A stretch of 64,000 nt of DNA from an uncultured bacterium (GTDB taxonomy: Bacteria; Oederibacteriota; JAAXVQ01; JAUVAV01): assembly GCA_963710755.1 (NCBI GenBank), contig CAVQBK010000002.1, forward strand, positions 160,001 through 224,000. Direction: 5' to 3'. Positions 30,988 through 46,429 of this stretch are shown here, piece by piece; positions within the stretch are counted from its first letter, which is position 1; every line of letters begins with the position of its first letter. The position numbers and the translations under genes were made by a program. The notes beneath the pieces are model-generated. The model ran no database searches. It worked only from the letters and a program-made list of their open reading frames with translations, and was not told where the DNA came from.

Positions 30988-33072
30988 TTAGTTGCCCTGC
31001 ACCTTGGCAATGACCGCCTCGGAAATGCTCTTGGGTACTTCATCATAGTTGGAAAATTGCATGCTGAAAGTGGCCCGGCCTTGAGACATGGACCTGAGGT
31101 CCGTAGCATAGCCGAACATTTCCGCTAAGGGCACCTTGCCTTTGATGATCTGGGCATTGCCCTCTTTTTCCATACCTTCAATGCGGCCGCGCCGGGAATT
31201 CAAATTGCCCAGCACATCACCCATATATTCTTCCGGGGTCGTAACCTCGATTGCGAAAATAGGCTCCAAGAGCACGGGGCTTGCTTTTTTGCAGGCTTCC
31301 TTGAAGGCCATGGAGCCGGCAATTTTAAAGGCCATTTCCGAAGAATCCACTTCATGGAAGGAGCCATCATACAGAGCCACTTTAAAGTCCACCACTTGAT
31401 ATCCTGCCAACACCCCGGCCTGGCAGGCTTCTTCAATCCCTTTATTGACCGCCGGGATGTATTCCTTGGGAATGGAACCACCTTTAATTTCATCCACAAA
31501 GGTATAGCCTTTGCCGCTCTCCTGTGGTTCGAGTCGGATGTATACGTGACCGTACTGCCCGCGTCCTCCGGACTGCCGGGCGAATTTTGATTCTTGCTCC
31601 ACCGTTTTGCGGATGGTTTCACGATACGCCACCTGCGGCTTACCCACATTGGCTTCCACTTTGAATTCCCGCATCATGCGGTCCACAATGATTTCCAGAT
31701 GGAGTTCCCCCATTCCCCAAATCAGGGTTTGTCCGGTTTCCTCTTCCGTGCGTACCCGGAAGGTGGGATCTTCTTCCGCCAATTTTTGCAAGGCCATGCC
31801 CATTTTTTCCTGGTCCACTTTGGTCTTGGGTTCAATGGCCACGGAAATCACGGGTTCAGGGAAGGTCATGGACTCGAGCAGAATCTGAGAACCTTCCTGC
31901 GTTAAGGTGTCACCAGTGGTGGTGATTTTCAAACCCACGCCCGCCACAATATCCCCAGCTGAGGCCACCTCAATCTCTTCGCGTTTGTTGGCGTGCATCT
32001 GTAAAATACGGGCAATGCGTTCCCGTTTGCCTTTGTTGACATTCTCTACGTAAGAACCAGAGGCAACATTACCCGAGTAAATACGGAAATAGGTCAATTT
32101 ACCGACATAGGGATCGGTCATGACTTTAAAAGCCAAAGCAGAGAACGGTTCGTTTTCATCTGCCTTGCGCAGCTCTTTTGTTTCCGTTCCAGGAATGGTG
32201 CCTTCCACCGGCGGCACATCCAAGGGTGAGGGCAAATATTCCACCACCGCGTCCAACAAGGGCTGGACTCCCTTGTTTTTAAAAGCCGTCCCGCAGAGCA
32301 CTGGGGTCAACTTGCCCGTCAATACCGCTTTACGCAAGGCGGTCTTTATTTCCAGGGAAGTCACGTCTTCCCCGCCCAGAAATTTTTCCATCAAGGTATC
32401 ATCAAAATCCGCCAGCGCTTCAATGAGTTTTTCCCGTTTGTCACGGGCAATAAAAAATACCGTTTCATCTATTTCGTCGGAAATCTCAAACTCAGCGCCC
32501 AGACTTTCATCCTTCCAAATGATCTGTTTCATTTCAATCAGATCCACCACACCTTGAAAATCCGCTTCCGCACCAATGGGCACCTGAATAGGCACTGCCC
32601 TGGCTCCAAGTTTTTCGCGAATGCTTTTAACGGACTTCATAAAATCAGCGCCGAGACGATCCATCTTGTTTATAAAAGCCAGACGGGGGACACGGTATTT
32701 GTCGGCTTGGCGCCAGACTGTTTCCGATTGGGGTTGAACGCCGCTGACACCATCAAAGACTGCGACCGCACCATCAAGTACGCGCAGCGATCGTTCCACT
32801 TCCACCGTAAAATCCACGTGTCCGGGCGTATCAATGATATTGATACGATGGTGGTTCCAGAAGCAGGTGGTCGCCGCCGAGGTAATGGTAATGCCCCGTT
32901 CCTGTTCCTGCTCCATCCAGTCCATGGTTGCCGCGCCATCATGCACTTCCCCGATTTTATGAGAACGACCGGTATAGTACAAAATACGTTCCGTAATCGT
33001 GGTTTTACCAGCATCAATGTGCGCCATGATCCCGATATTCCGGGTCTTGGATAAATCGCTTCCTTTGGACAC
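30988..33072 (-). CDS. fusA: elongation factor G
   Basis: [26 protein letters not shown]. Confidence 0.99.
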   Translation of the reverse strand: MSKGSDLSKTRNIGIMAHIDAGKTTITERILYYTGRSHKIGEVHDGAATMDWMEQEQERGITITSAATTCFWNHHRINIIDTPGHVDFTVEVERSLRVLDGAVAVFDGVSGVQPQSETVWRQADKYRVPRLAFINKMDRLGADFMKSVKSIREKLGARAVPIQVPIGAEADFQGVVDLIEMKQIIWKDESLGAEFEISDEIDETVFFIARDKREKLIEALADFDDTLMEKFLGGEDVTSLEIKTALRKAVLTGKLTPVLCGTAFKNKGVQPLLDAVVEYLPSPLDVPPVEGTIPGTETKELRKADENEPFSALAFKVMTDPYVGKLTYFRIYSGNVASGSYVENVNKGKRERIARILQMHANKREEIEVASAGDIVAGVGLKITTTGDTLTQEGSQILLESMTFPEPVISVAIEPKTKVDQEKMGMALQKLAEEDPTFRVRTEEETGQTLIWGMGELHLEIIVDRMMREFKVEANVGKPQVAYRETIRKTVEQESKFARQSGGRGQYGHVYIRLEPQESGKGYTFVDEIKGGSIPKEYIPAVNKGIEEACQAGVLAGYQVVDFKVALYDGSFHEVDSSEMAFKIAGSMAFKEACKKASPVLLEPIFAIEVTTPEEYMGDVLGNLNSRRGRIEGMEKEGNAQIIKGKVPLAEMFGYATDLRSMSQGRATFSMQFSNYDEVPKSISEAVIAKVQGN

Positions 33073-33095
33073 GTTAATAACTCCTTATCTGCTGA

Positions 33096-33566
33096 TTACC
33101 ATCGGTAATGGGCAAAAGCCTTGTTGGCATCTGCCATGCGATGGGTATCGTCTTTTTTCTTGACAGCTGCGCCTTGATTGTTGGCAGCTTCAAAAAGTTC
33201 CGAGGCCAAGGCTTTTTCCATACTTTGTCCACTGCGAGCCCGGGCTGCATCCAACAGCCAGCGAATAGCCAGGGAAATCTGACGTTCCGGCCTGACTTCT
33301 ATGGGCACCTGGTAGTTGGCGCCGCCCACGCGCCGCGACTTGACTTCCAGCTGAGGCTTGACATTTTCCACGGCTTGTTTAAAGGTGTTTAGGGTGGGGT
33401 CGCCGTTTTTCTCTTTGATAATGTCCAAAGCATTATAAAAAATGCCTTCGGCAATGTTCTTTTTACCATCTTTCATGATGTTGTTGATAAACTTGGTGAC
33501 CAGGCTGCTGTTAAAGCGATAATCCGGATCAATGGCCCGTTTGGCTACTTCTTTTCTTCTAGGCAT
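33096..33566 (-). CDS. rpsG: 30S ribosomal protein S7
   Basis: [25 protein letters not shown]. Confidence 0.98.
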   Translation of the reverse strand: MPRRKEVAKRAIDPDYRFNSSLVTKFINNIMKDGKKNIAEGIFYNALDIIKEKNGDPTLNTFKQAVENVKPQLEVKSRRVGGANYQVPIEVRPERQISLAIRWLLDAARARSGQSMEKALASELFEAANNQGAAVKKKDDTHRMADANKAFAHYRW

Positions 33567-33579
33567 GGAGTACTGCCTC

Positions 33580-33954
33580 CTATTTCTTGGGCTTTTTCAA
33601 GCCGTATTTGGATCGCCCTTGTTGGCGTTTTTGAACACCAGCCGTATCCAGCGTTCCCCGAACAATATGGTAGCGAACACCAGGCAGATCTTTCACACGT
33701 CCGCCACGGATAAGCACAATCGAGTGCTCCTGTAAATTATGGCCTTCGCCTGGGATATAACAGGTCACTTCCATGCCATTGGATAAGCGCACACGCGCTA
33801 CTTTACGCAGGGCAGAATTAGGTTTCTTGGGTGTCACCGTATACACGCGGACACAGACCCCACGTTTTTGCGGGCATGATTTCAAAGCCGGGGAGTCGCT
33901 TTTGCTTTTAATTTCCGCACGCCCTTTTCGAACCAACTGACTAATGGTCGGCAT
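33580..33954 (-). CDS. rpsL: 30S ribosomal protein S12
   Basis: [23 protein letters not shown]. Confidence 0.99.
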   Translation of the reverse strand: MPTISQLVRKGRAEIKSKSDSPALKSCPQKRGVCVRVYTVTPKKPNSALRKVARVRLSNGMEVTCYIPGEGHNLQEHSIVLIRGGRVKDLPGVRYHIVRGTLDTAGVQKRQQGRSKYGLKKPKK

Positions 33955-34019
33955 ACTCGACCTCCATAATATTTTCTATCCGGTGCTAATCCCCGCCGGG
34001 ATGGTCGGATAGTAGATAC

Positions 34020-34050
34020 AAAAAAAAGGCGGAAAACATCCGCCTTTTTG
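34020..34050 (-). terminator. terminator-like hairpin within the rpsL leader
   Basis: AAAAAGGCGGA-TGTTT-TCCGCC followed by T8 on minus strand, ~65 nt before the rpsL start. Confidence 0.65.
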
Positions 34051-34263
34051 AATAACCGCTTCAACCGCATGTGCAGCTAAAGTGTTAGCAAAACCAGTAC
34101 TTTGGGAAGACCTTCGATCTGGACATCAAGTCAAAATCGCGGTTTCTTCTTAACCATTGGCTGACAACCAATGAAGTGATGAAGCCTCCCGAGTACAATC
34201 GGATGTTACTTATCATTCAGTTTTAAATTACAGCCCCTTATGAGTGTTCACAAGGGAGTCGAA

Positions 34264-34292
34264 ATTATATTAAAATCGCAATTTAATGTCAA
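34264..34292 (-). promoter_or_regulatory. consensus sigma70 promoter upstream of the str operon
   Basis: Perfect TTGACA-17 nt-TATAAT with AT-rich upstream sequence. Confidence 0.85.
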
Positions 34293-34419
34293 TAACAATT
34301 TTATTTTTTCGGCCTCTAATTGTTATTTTTCCAAACCAAGGTTTGGGCTCGCCATAAGCCGTGACTGGCGTCACACTGTTAACGCATGGAACTAGTGCCA
34401 TTTTCCCAAAGGAGTCGCT

Positions 34420-34880
34420 ACGGTTATTTATCTAGTGCAGCACGGTACGGCCTCGCCTAAAGACCTCGATCCCAACCAGCCCCTCTCTCCCCCAAAGACG
34501 GGATGAGGTGCAGCGTTTGGCCCACATCACCAAGTCTGCTCTGCGAGATGTAAGCCACTTTTGGCCCAGTCCCAAAACCAGGGCCCGGCAAACCGCCCAA
34601 CTCCTGGTTGAATCTTGAGGTTGGCCCGTAAACCTGCCCGCGAAGGAAACCTTGATTCCCTTGGCAGAAATTGATCCCATCCTACAAGCTCTCCAGGACA
34701 ACTTGCGGCATTGCGTAGTCGCGGGCCACTTGCCTTTTCTACAGCACCCGAACAGCTACTTGATGACAGGCGCTATGTCATTAAGCCCCCTGCAGTTTTC
34801 GCCGGGTACTCTGCTAGCTTTTAAAAAAATCTTCCGGTGCCTTTTGGAATCCGAGATGGATGTTGCCACCAGGTTTGATA
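34420..34880 (+). pseudogene. sixA: SixA-like histidine phosphatase pseudogene
   Basis: AAGGAG RBS then ACG-VIYLVQHGTASPKDLDPNQPLS; frameshift in C5 run (34489-34493) to QRRDEVQRLA...SPKTRARQTAQLL; in-frame TGA at 34616; VVAGHLPFL; second frameshift in A7 run (34823-34829) to WNPRWMLPP. Confidence 0.8.
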
Positions 34881-34942
34881 CAAGCCCAAGCTGACTGGGA
34901 AAATACAACCCGCGACCCATGTCAAAAATGGCCAGGCTCTGG

Positions 34943-34984
34943 ATAAAAAAACACCCGCCTTAATCAAGACGGGTGTTTTTTTAT
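34943..34984 (-). terminator. rpoBC intrinsic terminator (bidirectional-looking)
   Basis: ATAAAAAAACACCCG...CGGGTGTTTTTTTAT inverted repeat right after the rpoC stop. Confidence 0.8.
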
Positions 34985-35013
34985 TGACAGTTAATTAACG
35001 ATGGAATTTAGCG

Positions 35014-38000
35014 TCAGTTTTGGGAAACTTCCAACACTTCTTCCGTTGTGACGGGTTTGACTTTTTCCAATTCGACACGCAACGCCTGATATTCAGGCAT
35101 GCCTGTTCCAGCGGAGATCAAATGCCCCATGATAACATTTTCCTTAAGGCCACGCAGTTCATCCACCTTGCCGGCAATGGCTGCTTCTGTCAGCACCCGG
35201 GTAGTTTCCTGGAAGCTGGCCGCGGAGATAAAGCTCTCCGTCCCCAAACTGGCTTTGGTAATTCCCAGCAAAATGGGACGGGCCGTGGCCGGACGTCCTC
35301 CGGTTTTGACCACCCGTTCATTTTCATCCTTGAAGGCAAAACGGTCCACCTGAGTGCCTACCAGGAAGGTGGTGTCCCCGGCATCTTCAATCACCACTTT
35401 GCGTAGCAACTGACGCACAATGATTTCAATATGCTTGTCATTGATGGTCACGCCTTGTAGACGATACACTTCTTGAACCTTGTTGACTAGGTATTCCTGC
35501 ACTTCATTCTCCCCTTTAATTTCGAGAATGTCATGAGGATTGATGGGGCCGTCGGTCAAGGGTTCCCCAGCTTGCACCCGGTCGCCTTCGCGAACATTAA
35601 GGTGGCGGCCTTGCGGAACCAGATATTCTTTCTCGATCCCGGTTTCATGCTTGACCATGACTTTGCGCATGCCACGGACCATGCCGCCGAAATGCACGCT
35701 GCCGTCGATCTCGCTGATGACAGCCGCGCCCTTGGGTTTACGCGCTTCAAATAACTCGGCCACCCGTGGTAGACCGCCGGTGATGTCGCGGGTTTTGGAA
35801 ATTTCCCGTGGAATTTTCGCCAGGATGTCCCCGGCATTGATGGTCTGACCATTATCTACGGTAAAGTAGGCTCCGGTCGGAATGGCGTAAGTGTTAAGCA
35901 CATTGCCTTCTTTGTCGCGGATTACAATTTGAGGATGCAATTCTTCTTCTTTATGATCAATAATAACGCGACCGATAAGACCGGTGGTCTCATCGGTCTG
36001 TTCCTTCATGGTCTTGCCTTCTACAATGTCTTCAAAGTCCACCACCCCGGTGACTTCCGAAAAGATGGGCACATTGTAAAGATCCCAGAGGGCCACCACA
36101 TCGCCTTTTTTTACCTTGGCATTGTCTTCGACTTTTAAGATGGTGCCGTATGGCAAAGGATAGAGTTCCCTTTCCGAACCGCGTTCATCGTAAATCGCCA
36201 TTTCCGCGTTGCGGTTAAGCACGATGTTGGTGCCATCCTGAGCCTTAATCACTCGGGCATTGTGCAGACGCACAACGCCATCATTTTTGATCTCGACCTT
36301 GGAAATTTCCAATACACGGCTGGCCGTACCACCAATGTGGAAAGTCCGCAGGGTCAGCTGCGTGCCCGGCTCACCGATGGATTGAGCAGCCACGATACCT
36401 ACGGCTTCGCCGACTTCCACCATGCGGTTATTGGACATGCTGCGGCCGTAACACTTGGCGCAAACGCCGCGACGGCTTTCACAAGTTAAGACAGAACGGA
36501 TGCGGATGCGTTCCACCACCGCGTTCTCGATTTTTTCCGCAATCTCTTCGGTAATCTCCTGTCCGGAGCGGACCAACACTTCGTCGGAGAGCAGGTCAAC
36601 AACGTTGTCCACCGCCACCCGTCCCAGAATCCTTTCCTTTAGGGGTTCAATGACTTCCGAGCCTTCGCGAATAGCCCCGATGGAAATACCATTAAGAGTA
36701 CCGCAATCCGTTTCGGTAATAATCACGTCCTGGGCCACATCCACCAAACGTCTGGTCAGGTACCCGGCATCGGCTGTTTTCAGGGCAGTGTCCGCCAGAC
36801 CTTTACGAGCGCCGTGAGTGGAAATGAAATATTCCAGTACGTTCAACCCTTCCCGAAAGTTGGCGATAATGGGCGATTCAATGATTTCGCCGGTGGCGCC
36901 GGTGATTTTCTGCTGCGGCTTGGCCATCAAACCACGCATACCAGCCAGCTGCCGGATTTGCATTTTAGAACCGCGAGCGCCGGAATCGGCCATCATGAAG
37001 ATGGGATTGAAGCCATCGCGATCATTGGCCAGTTCACCCATCATGACCTCAGCCACGTAATCCGTGGTATGGGTCCAGATATCGATGACCTTATTGTAAC
37101 GTTCCCCATCGGTGATTACACCTTGTTGGTATTGACGTTCAATAGAGGCTACATCCTTCTTGGCTTGGTCAATGAATTTGGATTTGTCGCCGGGGATGAT
37201 AATGTCGGCCACAGCTACGGTAATGCCGGCGAAGGTGGCAAATTGAAAGCCCATTTCCTTCATCCGGTCCAGCATGATCACCGTGTCGTAGGTGCCCAGT
37301 TCTTTAAAACACCTAGCCACCAACTGGCCCAGTTCCTTTTTATTCATCACTTTGTTAACATAACGCAGCTTTTCCGGAACGACTTCTTCATTGAAGTAAA
37401 TTCTTCCCGGCGTGGTTTCCAGCAATTTCCCATTAACCCTCACCTTGACCTTGGCATGATAATCCACCACACCTGCATCAATGGCCACCATGACTTCCTC
37501 AGTATTGGAGAAAACCTTGCCTTCCCCCGCAGCACCCGGTTGTTCCTTGGTCAGGTAATAATTTCCCAACACAATATCCTGGGAAGGTACCATAATAGGC
37601 TTGCCGCTGGCCGTGGAAAGGATGTTGTTGGTGGAGAGCATCAGCAGTCTGGCTTCCAATTGAGCTTCCGCCGAGAGGGGCACATGCACGGCCATTTGGT
37701 CCCCGTCAAAGTCGGCGTTGAAAGCCGAGCAGACCAGGGGATGGATTCGAATAGCTTTACCTTCCACCAAAACCGGCAGAAAGGCCTGGATGCCCTGGCG
37801 ATGCAGCGTCGGGGCGCGGTTTAAAAGAATGGGATGATTTTCCAGCACTTCTTCCAGAATGTCCCAAACTTCCGGTTTAACACGCTCCACCATCTTCTTG
37901 GCACTTTTGATGGTATGGACGTAACCGCGATCTTCCAGTTTTTTAATAATGAAGGGCTTAAATAATTCCAAGGCCATTTTTTTAGGTAGTCCACATTGCC

Positions 38001-39131
38001 ACAATTTCAGTTCCGGCCCCACCACAATGACCGACCGGCCGGAATAATCCACGCGTTTACCCAGCAGGTTTTGACGGAACCGCCCTTGCTTGCCTTTGAG
38101 CATATCGGATAAAGATTTCAGAGGCCGGTTACCCGGACCCTTGACCGCATGACCGCGACGGCCGTTATCAAAGAGGGCGTCCACTGCTTCCTGCAGCATG
38201 CGCTTCTCATTGCGTACGATTACATCAGGCGCCTTTAAATCCATTAATTTCTTCAACCGGTTATTACGGTTGATGACGCGGCGATAAAGGTCATTCAAAT
38301 CGGAAGTAGCAAAACGGCCGCCATCAAGGGGTACCAAGGGGCGTAGTTCCGGCGGAATAACCGGAACGGCTTCCAAGACCATCCATTCCGGTTTGTTACC
38401 GGACTTGCGGAAGGCTTCCACTACTTTAAGACGTTTGACCACTTCTTTTTTCTTTTGCAGCGAAGCGGTTTCCATGTCAGCATGGAATTTTTCGGCCATT
38501 TCATCCAGATCAATTTCGCGTAACAAATCCCGGATAGCCTCAGCACCCATCTTAGCGGTAAAGGCCGTGCCGTATTGCTCCCTGAATCCGCGGTACTCCT
38601 CATCATTGAGCAGCTGCCGTTTGGCCAGGGGGGTATCCCCAGGATCAGTCACAATATAATTTTCATAATAAATGACTTTTTCCAGCGCCCGGGAAGGAAT
38701 GTTCAATAAATAGGCAATACGGGAAGGAACTCCCTTAAAGTACCAGATGTGGGTAACCGGCGCTACCAGCTCAATATGTCCCAGCCGTTCCCGACGTACC
38801 TTGGCTTGGGTAATCTCCACATTACAGCGATCACAGATCACCCCTTTGTAGCGAATGCGTTTGTACTTGCCGCAAGCACATTCCCAATCCTTAACCGGTC
38901 CGAAAATGCGTTCACAAAACAAGCCGTCCCGTTCCGGTTTAAAGGTACGATAATTAATGGTCTCCGGTTTTTTGACTTCCCCGTGGGACCAGCCGCGAAT
39001 GACTTCCGGAGAAGCCAAGGATATACGGATGGCGTCAAACATCCCTGCAGCCCGGGATTCATAATATTCCCGCTCTTCTTCACGCTCCCGTTGGAGCACT
39101 GTCATTTTTTCACCAAAGCCGCCTTCCACTC

Positions 39132-39135
<4 letters not shown>
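35014..39135 (-). CDS. rpoC: RNA polymerase beta' subunit
   Basis: [12 protein letters not shown] active site, Zn-finger, SI3-type insert after TFHIGG; ATGA overlap with rpoB. Confidence 0.99.
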
Positions 39136-42908
<3,773 letters not shown>

Positions 42909-43034
42909 GCAGTCTCCTCCTCACCCCAAAACGGAACTGGAATAAAAGATAATAGAATAGATCAAGGGTCATTGACCCCGACCGCGTAAAAAAGATTTGG
43001 ACACACTAATCCCATTGACAAATGTAGAGTAAAG

Positions 43035-43063
43035 AAGATATGACAGCATGGTTTATTTGTCAA
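43035..43063 (-). promoter_or_regulatory. putative sigma70 promoter for rpoBC
   Basis: TTGACA-17 nt-TATCTT. Confidence 0.55.
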
Positions 43064-43080
43064 GGTTAATTTTGCCTAAT

Positions 43081-43830
43081 TTATCCTGAGGTGACCACCA
43101 GTCCGTTATTTTTCAAAACCCGGGCAGCTGCCTGCCATTGCCTAAAGGTAGGCGGTTTTAAGCTCGCCAATGGATAGGTCAATCCCAGCTCCTGCCATTT
43201 GTGTGCCCCCAAGCGATGATAACTGATCATTTCAATTTCAGGCAGATGAGGTAAACTGCGGGCATAATCAGCCAGCGCCTGCAGCTCGCCCGGCGCATCA
43301 TTGATGCCGGGCAGGAGCACGCGGCGAATCAGCAACCGCCCTGCTTGTCGGGCCGCCAAGCGGCCAAAGGTCAGCACATCATCATTAAATTTCCCGGTTA
43401 TTTGCTTATGCAGGTCGCGATCACAGGCCTTGACATCAAGCATAACCAAGTCCGTCACAGCCAAGAGGTTATTTTGATTTTTCACATGACAAGTCCCATT
43501 GGTGTCCAGGGCTGTGCTGAGACCCAGACGATGGGCGCATTTAAACAAGCCTACTACAAAGTCAGGTTGAAGGCTTGGTTCTCCACCGGAGACCGTTACG
43601 CCGCCGTGATGTTTGGCCAAATAAGGCACCAAAGTTGTCAACCGTTCTTCCGCTTCGGCCAGACTGATTTTTTGCGATCCTTTGATTGACCAGGTATCCG
43701 GATTCTGGCAAAAGGTACACCGGTAGTTGCAACCGGCTAGAAAAAACACGCACCGCAAGCCCGGCCCATCACGTGTGCCCAGGGTTTCAATGGAATGTAC
43801 CCGTCCTATAATCTTATTTTTACGAGGCAT
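43081..43830 (-). CDS. pflA: pyruvate formate-lyase activating enzyme (radical SAM)
   Basis: DGPGLR, CNYRCTFC (CxxxCxxC), SGGEP, LDTNG; probable start MPRK at 43830. Confidence 0.94.
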   Translation of the reverse strand: MPRKNKIIGRVHSIETLGTRDGPGLRCVFFLAGCNYRCTFCQNPDTWSIKGSQKISLAEAEERLTTLVPYLAKHHGGVTVSGGEPSLQPDFVVGLFKCAHRLGLSTALDTNGTCHVKNQNNLLAVTDLVMLDVKACDRDLHKQITGKFNDDVLTFGRLAARQAGRLLIRRVLLPGINDAPGELQALADYARSLPHLPEIEMISYHRLGAHKWQELGLTYPLASLKPPTFRQWQAAARVLKNNGLVVTSG

Positions 43831-43932
43831 GCTGTCCCCCTTTATTCCATCAAAGGCACTTAAACGCTGCCAAGGCGCAAGCAAGGCAGGAGTTCACACC
43901 GGTGAAATATTATTGACGCCGAGTTGGCCTGC

Positions 43933-46170
43933 TTAGATCATCTCATGGAAAGTGCGGCGAAGTATTTCTTCCTGATGCTCCCGGGAAAGCTTGGTGAAGT
44001 GGACCGCATAACCGGAAACGCGAATCGTCAGCTGGGGATAATTTTCCGGATGCTTCATGGCATCACGCAGCAAGTCTCGATCCAGCACATTGACATTGAT
44101 GTGATGGCCGCCTTTGGTGAAATAGCCATCAAGCAAATCATTTAAGTTGTCCTGGCGGACCTGACCGTCACGTCCCAGGGCTTGGGGCACAATGGAAAAG
44201 GTATTGGAGATACCGTCCATGGCCGCATAATAGGGCAATTTGGAAATGGAGTTGAGGCTGGCCAGAACACCATTTTTCTCCCTGCCAAACATGGGATTGG
44301 CGCCAGGTGCAAAGGGCTCCCCTTTTTTTCGGCCATCAGGAGTGGCGCCGGTTTTCTTACCATAAAGCACATTACTGGTGATGGTTAAAATGGACAAGGT
44401 CGGTGTGGCCCGGCGATAAATGGGATGCTTGCGCAGCTCGGTGATAAAGGTGATGATCAAATCGCGGGCGCGGTTATCAGCCCGTTCATCATCATTGCCA
44501 AAAGCAGGATAGTCGCCTTTAATAATGAAGTCCGTGGTTAACCCTTGTTTGTTCCTCACAGGCTCCACCTTGGCGTAGCGGATGGCACATAGCGAATCCA
44601 CCACCACCGATAAGCCGGCTATGCCAAAAGCCATTAACCGGTCCACCTCCGTATCCAGCAGGGCCATTTGTGAACTTTCGTAATAGTAGCGGTCATGAGA
44701 CCAATGGATCACATTCATGATATTGACATATTTTTCCGCCAACCAGGATAAGACCAGGACAAAATTTTCATGCACCTCGTCATAGTTTAAAAATTTACTC
44801 TTTAGTTTGGGCACATGGGGAACCACCAGTTCCCCATGAATCTCATCGCGGCCCTCGTTGAGGGCCAGTAACAAGGCTTTGCCCAGATTGCAACGGGCTC
44901 CAAAATATTGCATCTGACTGCCCATTTTCAAGAGAGACACACAGCAGGAAATGCCGTAATCATCACCGGCAATGGGGCGCATTAAATCGTCATTTTCATA
45001 CTGCAAGGAACTGCTTTTAATGGCCATTTGGGCAGCAAAATTCTTCCAACCCTGGGGCAGGCGTGGCGAATAAAGAATGGTTAAATTAGGCTCCGGTGCG
45101 GGACCCAGATTATTAAGGCTTTGCAGAAACCGGAAATCCGTTTTGGTTACCTTGGACCGGCCATCGCTGCCCATGCCGCCCAACACCAGGGTCACCCAAA
45201 CAGGATCACCGGCAAATATCTCATCATACTCAGGCGGCCGCAATTGCCTGATCATGCGCAGCTTGATCACGAAATCATCAATTAATTCCTGGGCCCCGGG
45301 CTCGGTCAACCGGCGGGCTTTAAAGTCACGCTCAATATAAATATCAAAAAAAGCCGAGAGATGGCCAATGGACATGGCGGCACCATCGGATTCCTTGGCT
45401 GCCGCCAGGTAGGCCAAATAGGTCCACTGAATGGCTTCCTGAGTGTTTTTGGCAGGCTGGTTCAAATTAAATCCATACCGTTTCCCCAGTTCGTTTAATT
45501 CCTCCAAGGCCTGGATTTGCTGGGCCACCTCTTCGCGCAGACGAATGGTCTTGGTGTCCATGCTCTCGTGGTCAATCTTGATTAAGTCCTTTTTCTTTTC
45601 CGCGATGAGATACTCCAGCCCATAGAGGGCCACGCGTCGATAATCCCCGATGATCCGTCCCCGGGCATAATTATCAGGCAGGCCGGTAATGATGCCCAGC
45701 CGTCTTAATTTTTTCATTTCTTCCGTATAAATGGCGAAGACCGCATCATTATGGGACTTGCGGTACTTGGTGTAAATTTCAGTGATTTTGGGGTCCAGTT
45801 CAAAGCCATGGGCTTGACAGGCTTTTTGCACCACCCGGACGCCGCCGACCGGTTTAATGGACCGCTTAAGCGGCTTGTCGGTCTGCAAGCCCACGATTTT
45901 TTCCTGTTTCCGGTCAATATAGCCGGCCTGATGGGAAATAATACTGCTCGGGGTTTTGACATCAATGTCCAACACGCCGCCGCGATCCCGTTCCTGAGTC
46001 ATGAGGGCCGTTACTTTTTTCCACAGTTTGGTGGTACGGGGAGTGGCGGAAGCCAGGAAGGCTTCGTCGCCATCATAGGGTTTATAGTTGCGGTAAATAA
46101 AATCCTGCAGATCGGTCTTAACACACCAGCGCCCGGATTTGAATGTTTGATGCTGTTTGACAGTAGCCAT
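43933..46170 (-). CDS. pflB: pyruvate formate-lyase (glycyl radical enzyme)
   Basis: [19 protein letters not shown] double Cys, IRVSGYAV glycyl-radical motif. Confidence 0.97.
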   Translation of the reverse strand: MATVKQHQTFKSGRWCVKTDLQDFIYRNYKPYDGDEAFLASATPRTTKLWKKVTALMTQERDRGGVLDIDVKTPSSIISHQAGYIDRKQEKIVGLQTDKPLKRSIKPVGGVRVVQKACQAHGFELDPKITEIYTKYRKSHNDAVFAIYTEEMKKLRRLGIITGLPDNYARGRIIGDYRRVALYGLEYLIAEKKKDLIKIDHESMDTKTIRLREEVAQQIQALEELNELGKRYGFNLNQPAKNTQEAIQWTYLAYLAAAKESDGAAMSIGHLSAFFDIYIERDFKARRLTEPGAQELIDDFVIKLRMIRQLRPPEYDEIFAGDPVWVTLVLGGMGSDGRSKVTKTDFRFLQSLNNLGPAPEPNLTILYSPRLPQGWKNFAAQMAIKSSSLQYENDDLMRPIAGDDYGISCCVSLLKMGSQMQYFGARCNLGKALLLALNEGRDEIHGELVVPHVPKLKSKFLNYDEVHENFVLVLSWLAEKYVNIMNVIHWSHDRYYYESSQMALLDTEVDRLMAFGIAGLSVVVDSLCAIRYAKVEPVRNKQGLTTDFIIKGDYPAFGNDDERADNRARDLIITFITELRKHPIYRRATPTLSILTITSNVLYGKKTGATPDGRKKGEPFAPGANPMFGREKNGVLASLNSISKLPYYAAMDGISNTFSIVPQALGRDGQVRQDNLNDLLDGYFTKGGHHINVNVLDRDLLRDAMKHPENYPQLTIRVSGYAVHFTKLSREHQEEILRRTFHEMI

Positions 46171-46233
46171 TATTAAGCCCCTTTCTTGAGCCTAAACGAA
46201 AAACGCCCAGACTCCCACTTTGATAAAGCGGAT

Positions 46234-46314
46234 AGCCCAGGCGGTCGGCTACAACGCAATGCCTTGTGTCACAATGCTCCCTGATGGTCTTCCATCCGGC
46301 GCCAGTCGCATTGG
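46234..46314 (-). ncRNA. ZMP/ZTP (pfl motif) riboswitch
   Basis: Minus strand AATGCGACTGGCG...ATGG..ACCATCAGGGAGCATT...GCCGACCGCCTGGGC matches the pfl-motif consensus; overlapping terminator GCCTGGGC...GTCTGGGCGTTTTT (~46195-46243). Confidence 0.9.
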
Positions 46315-46371
46315 TCAAGGTAATTCCTGCTATTCTTTTATCAAAAAGAGACTCCAACTGTCAAGCCCATT

Positions 46372-46390
46372 ATTAGGAATCATTCCTAAT
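46372..46390. promoter_or_regulatory. perfect 9-1-9 palindromic operator upstream of the pfl promoter
   Basis: ATTAGGAAT-C-ATTCCTAAT, 7 bp upstream of a minus-strand TTGACA (46359-46364). Confidence 0.6.
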
Positions 46391-46429
46391 TTAATAAAAT
46401 TGGCCTCAACTTTTGCTTAATATCCGGGA

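Noticed and set aside
34085-34216. 43-codon ORF in the rpsL leader as a leader peptide
   Set aside because: No RBS and no informative codon bias; cannot be supported
34616-34618. In-frame TGA in sixA as selenocysteine or alternative genetic code
   Set aside because: Accompanied by a lost start and two frameshifts; TGA is used as a normal stop in rpmJ, map and rpoB
36814-37824. 336-aa plus-strand ORF and many other antisense ORFs across rpoBC and the ribosomal genes
   Set aside because: Fully overlap conserved minus-strand genes; no recognisable motifs or RBS
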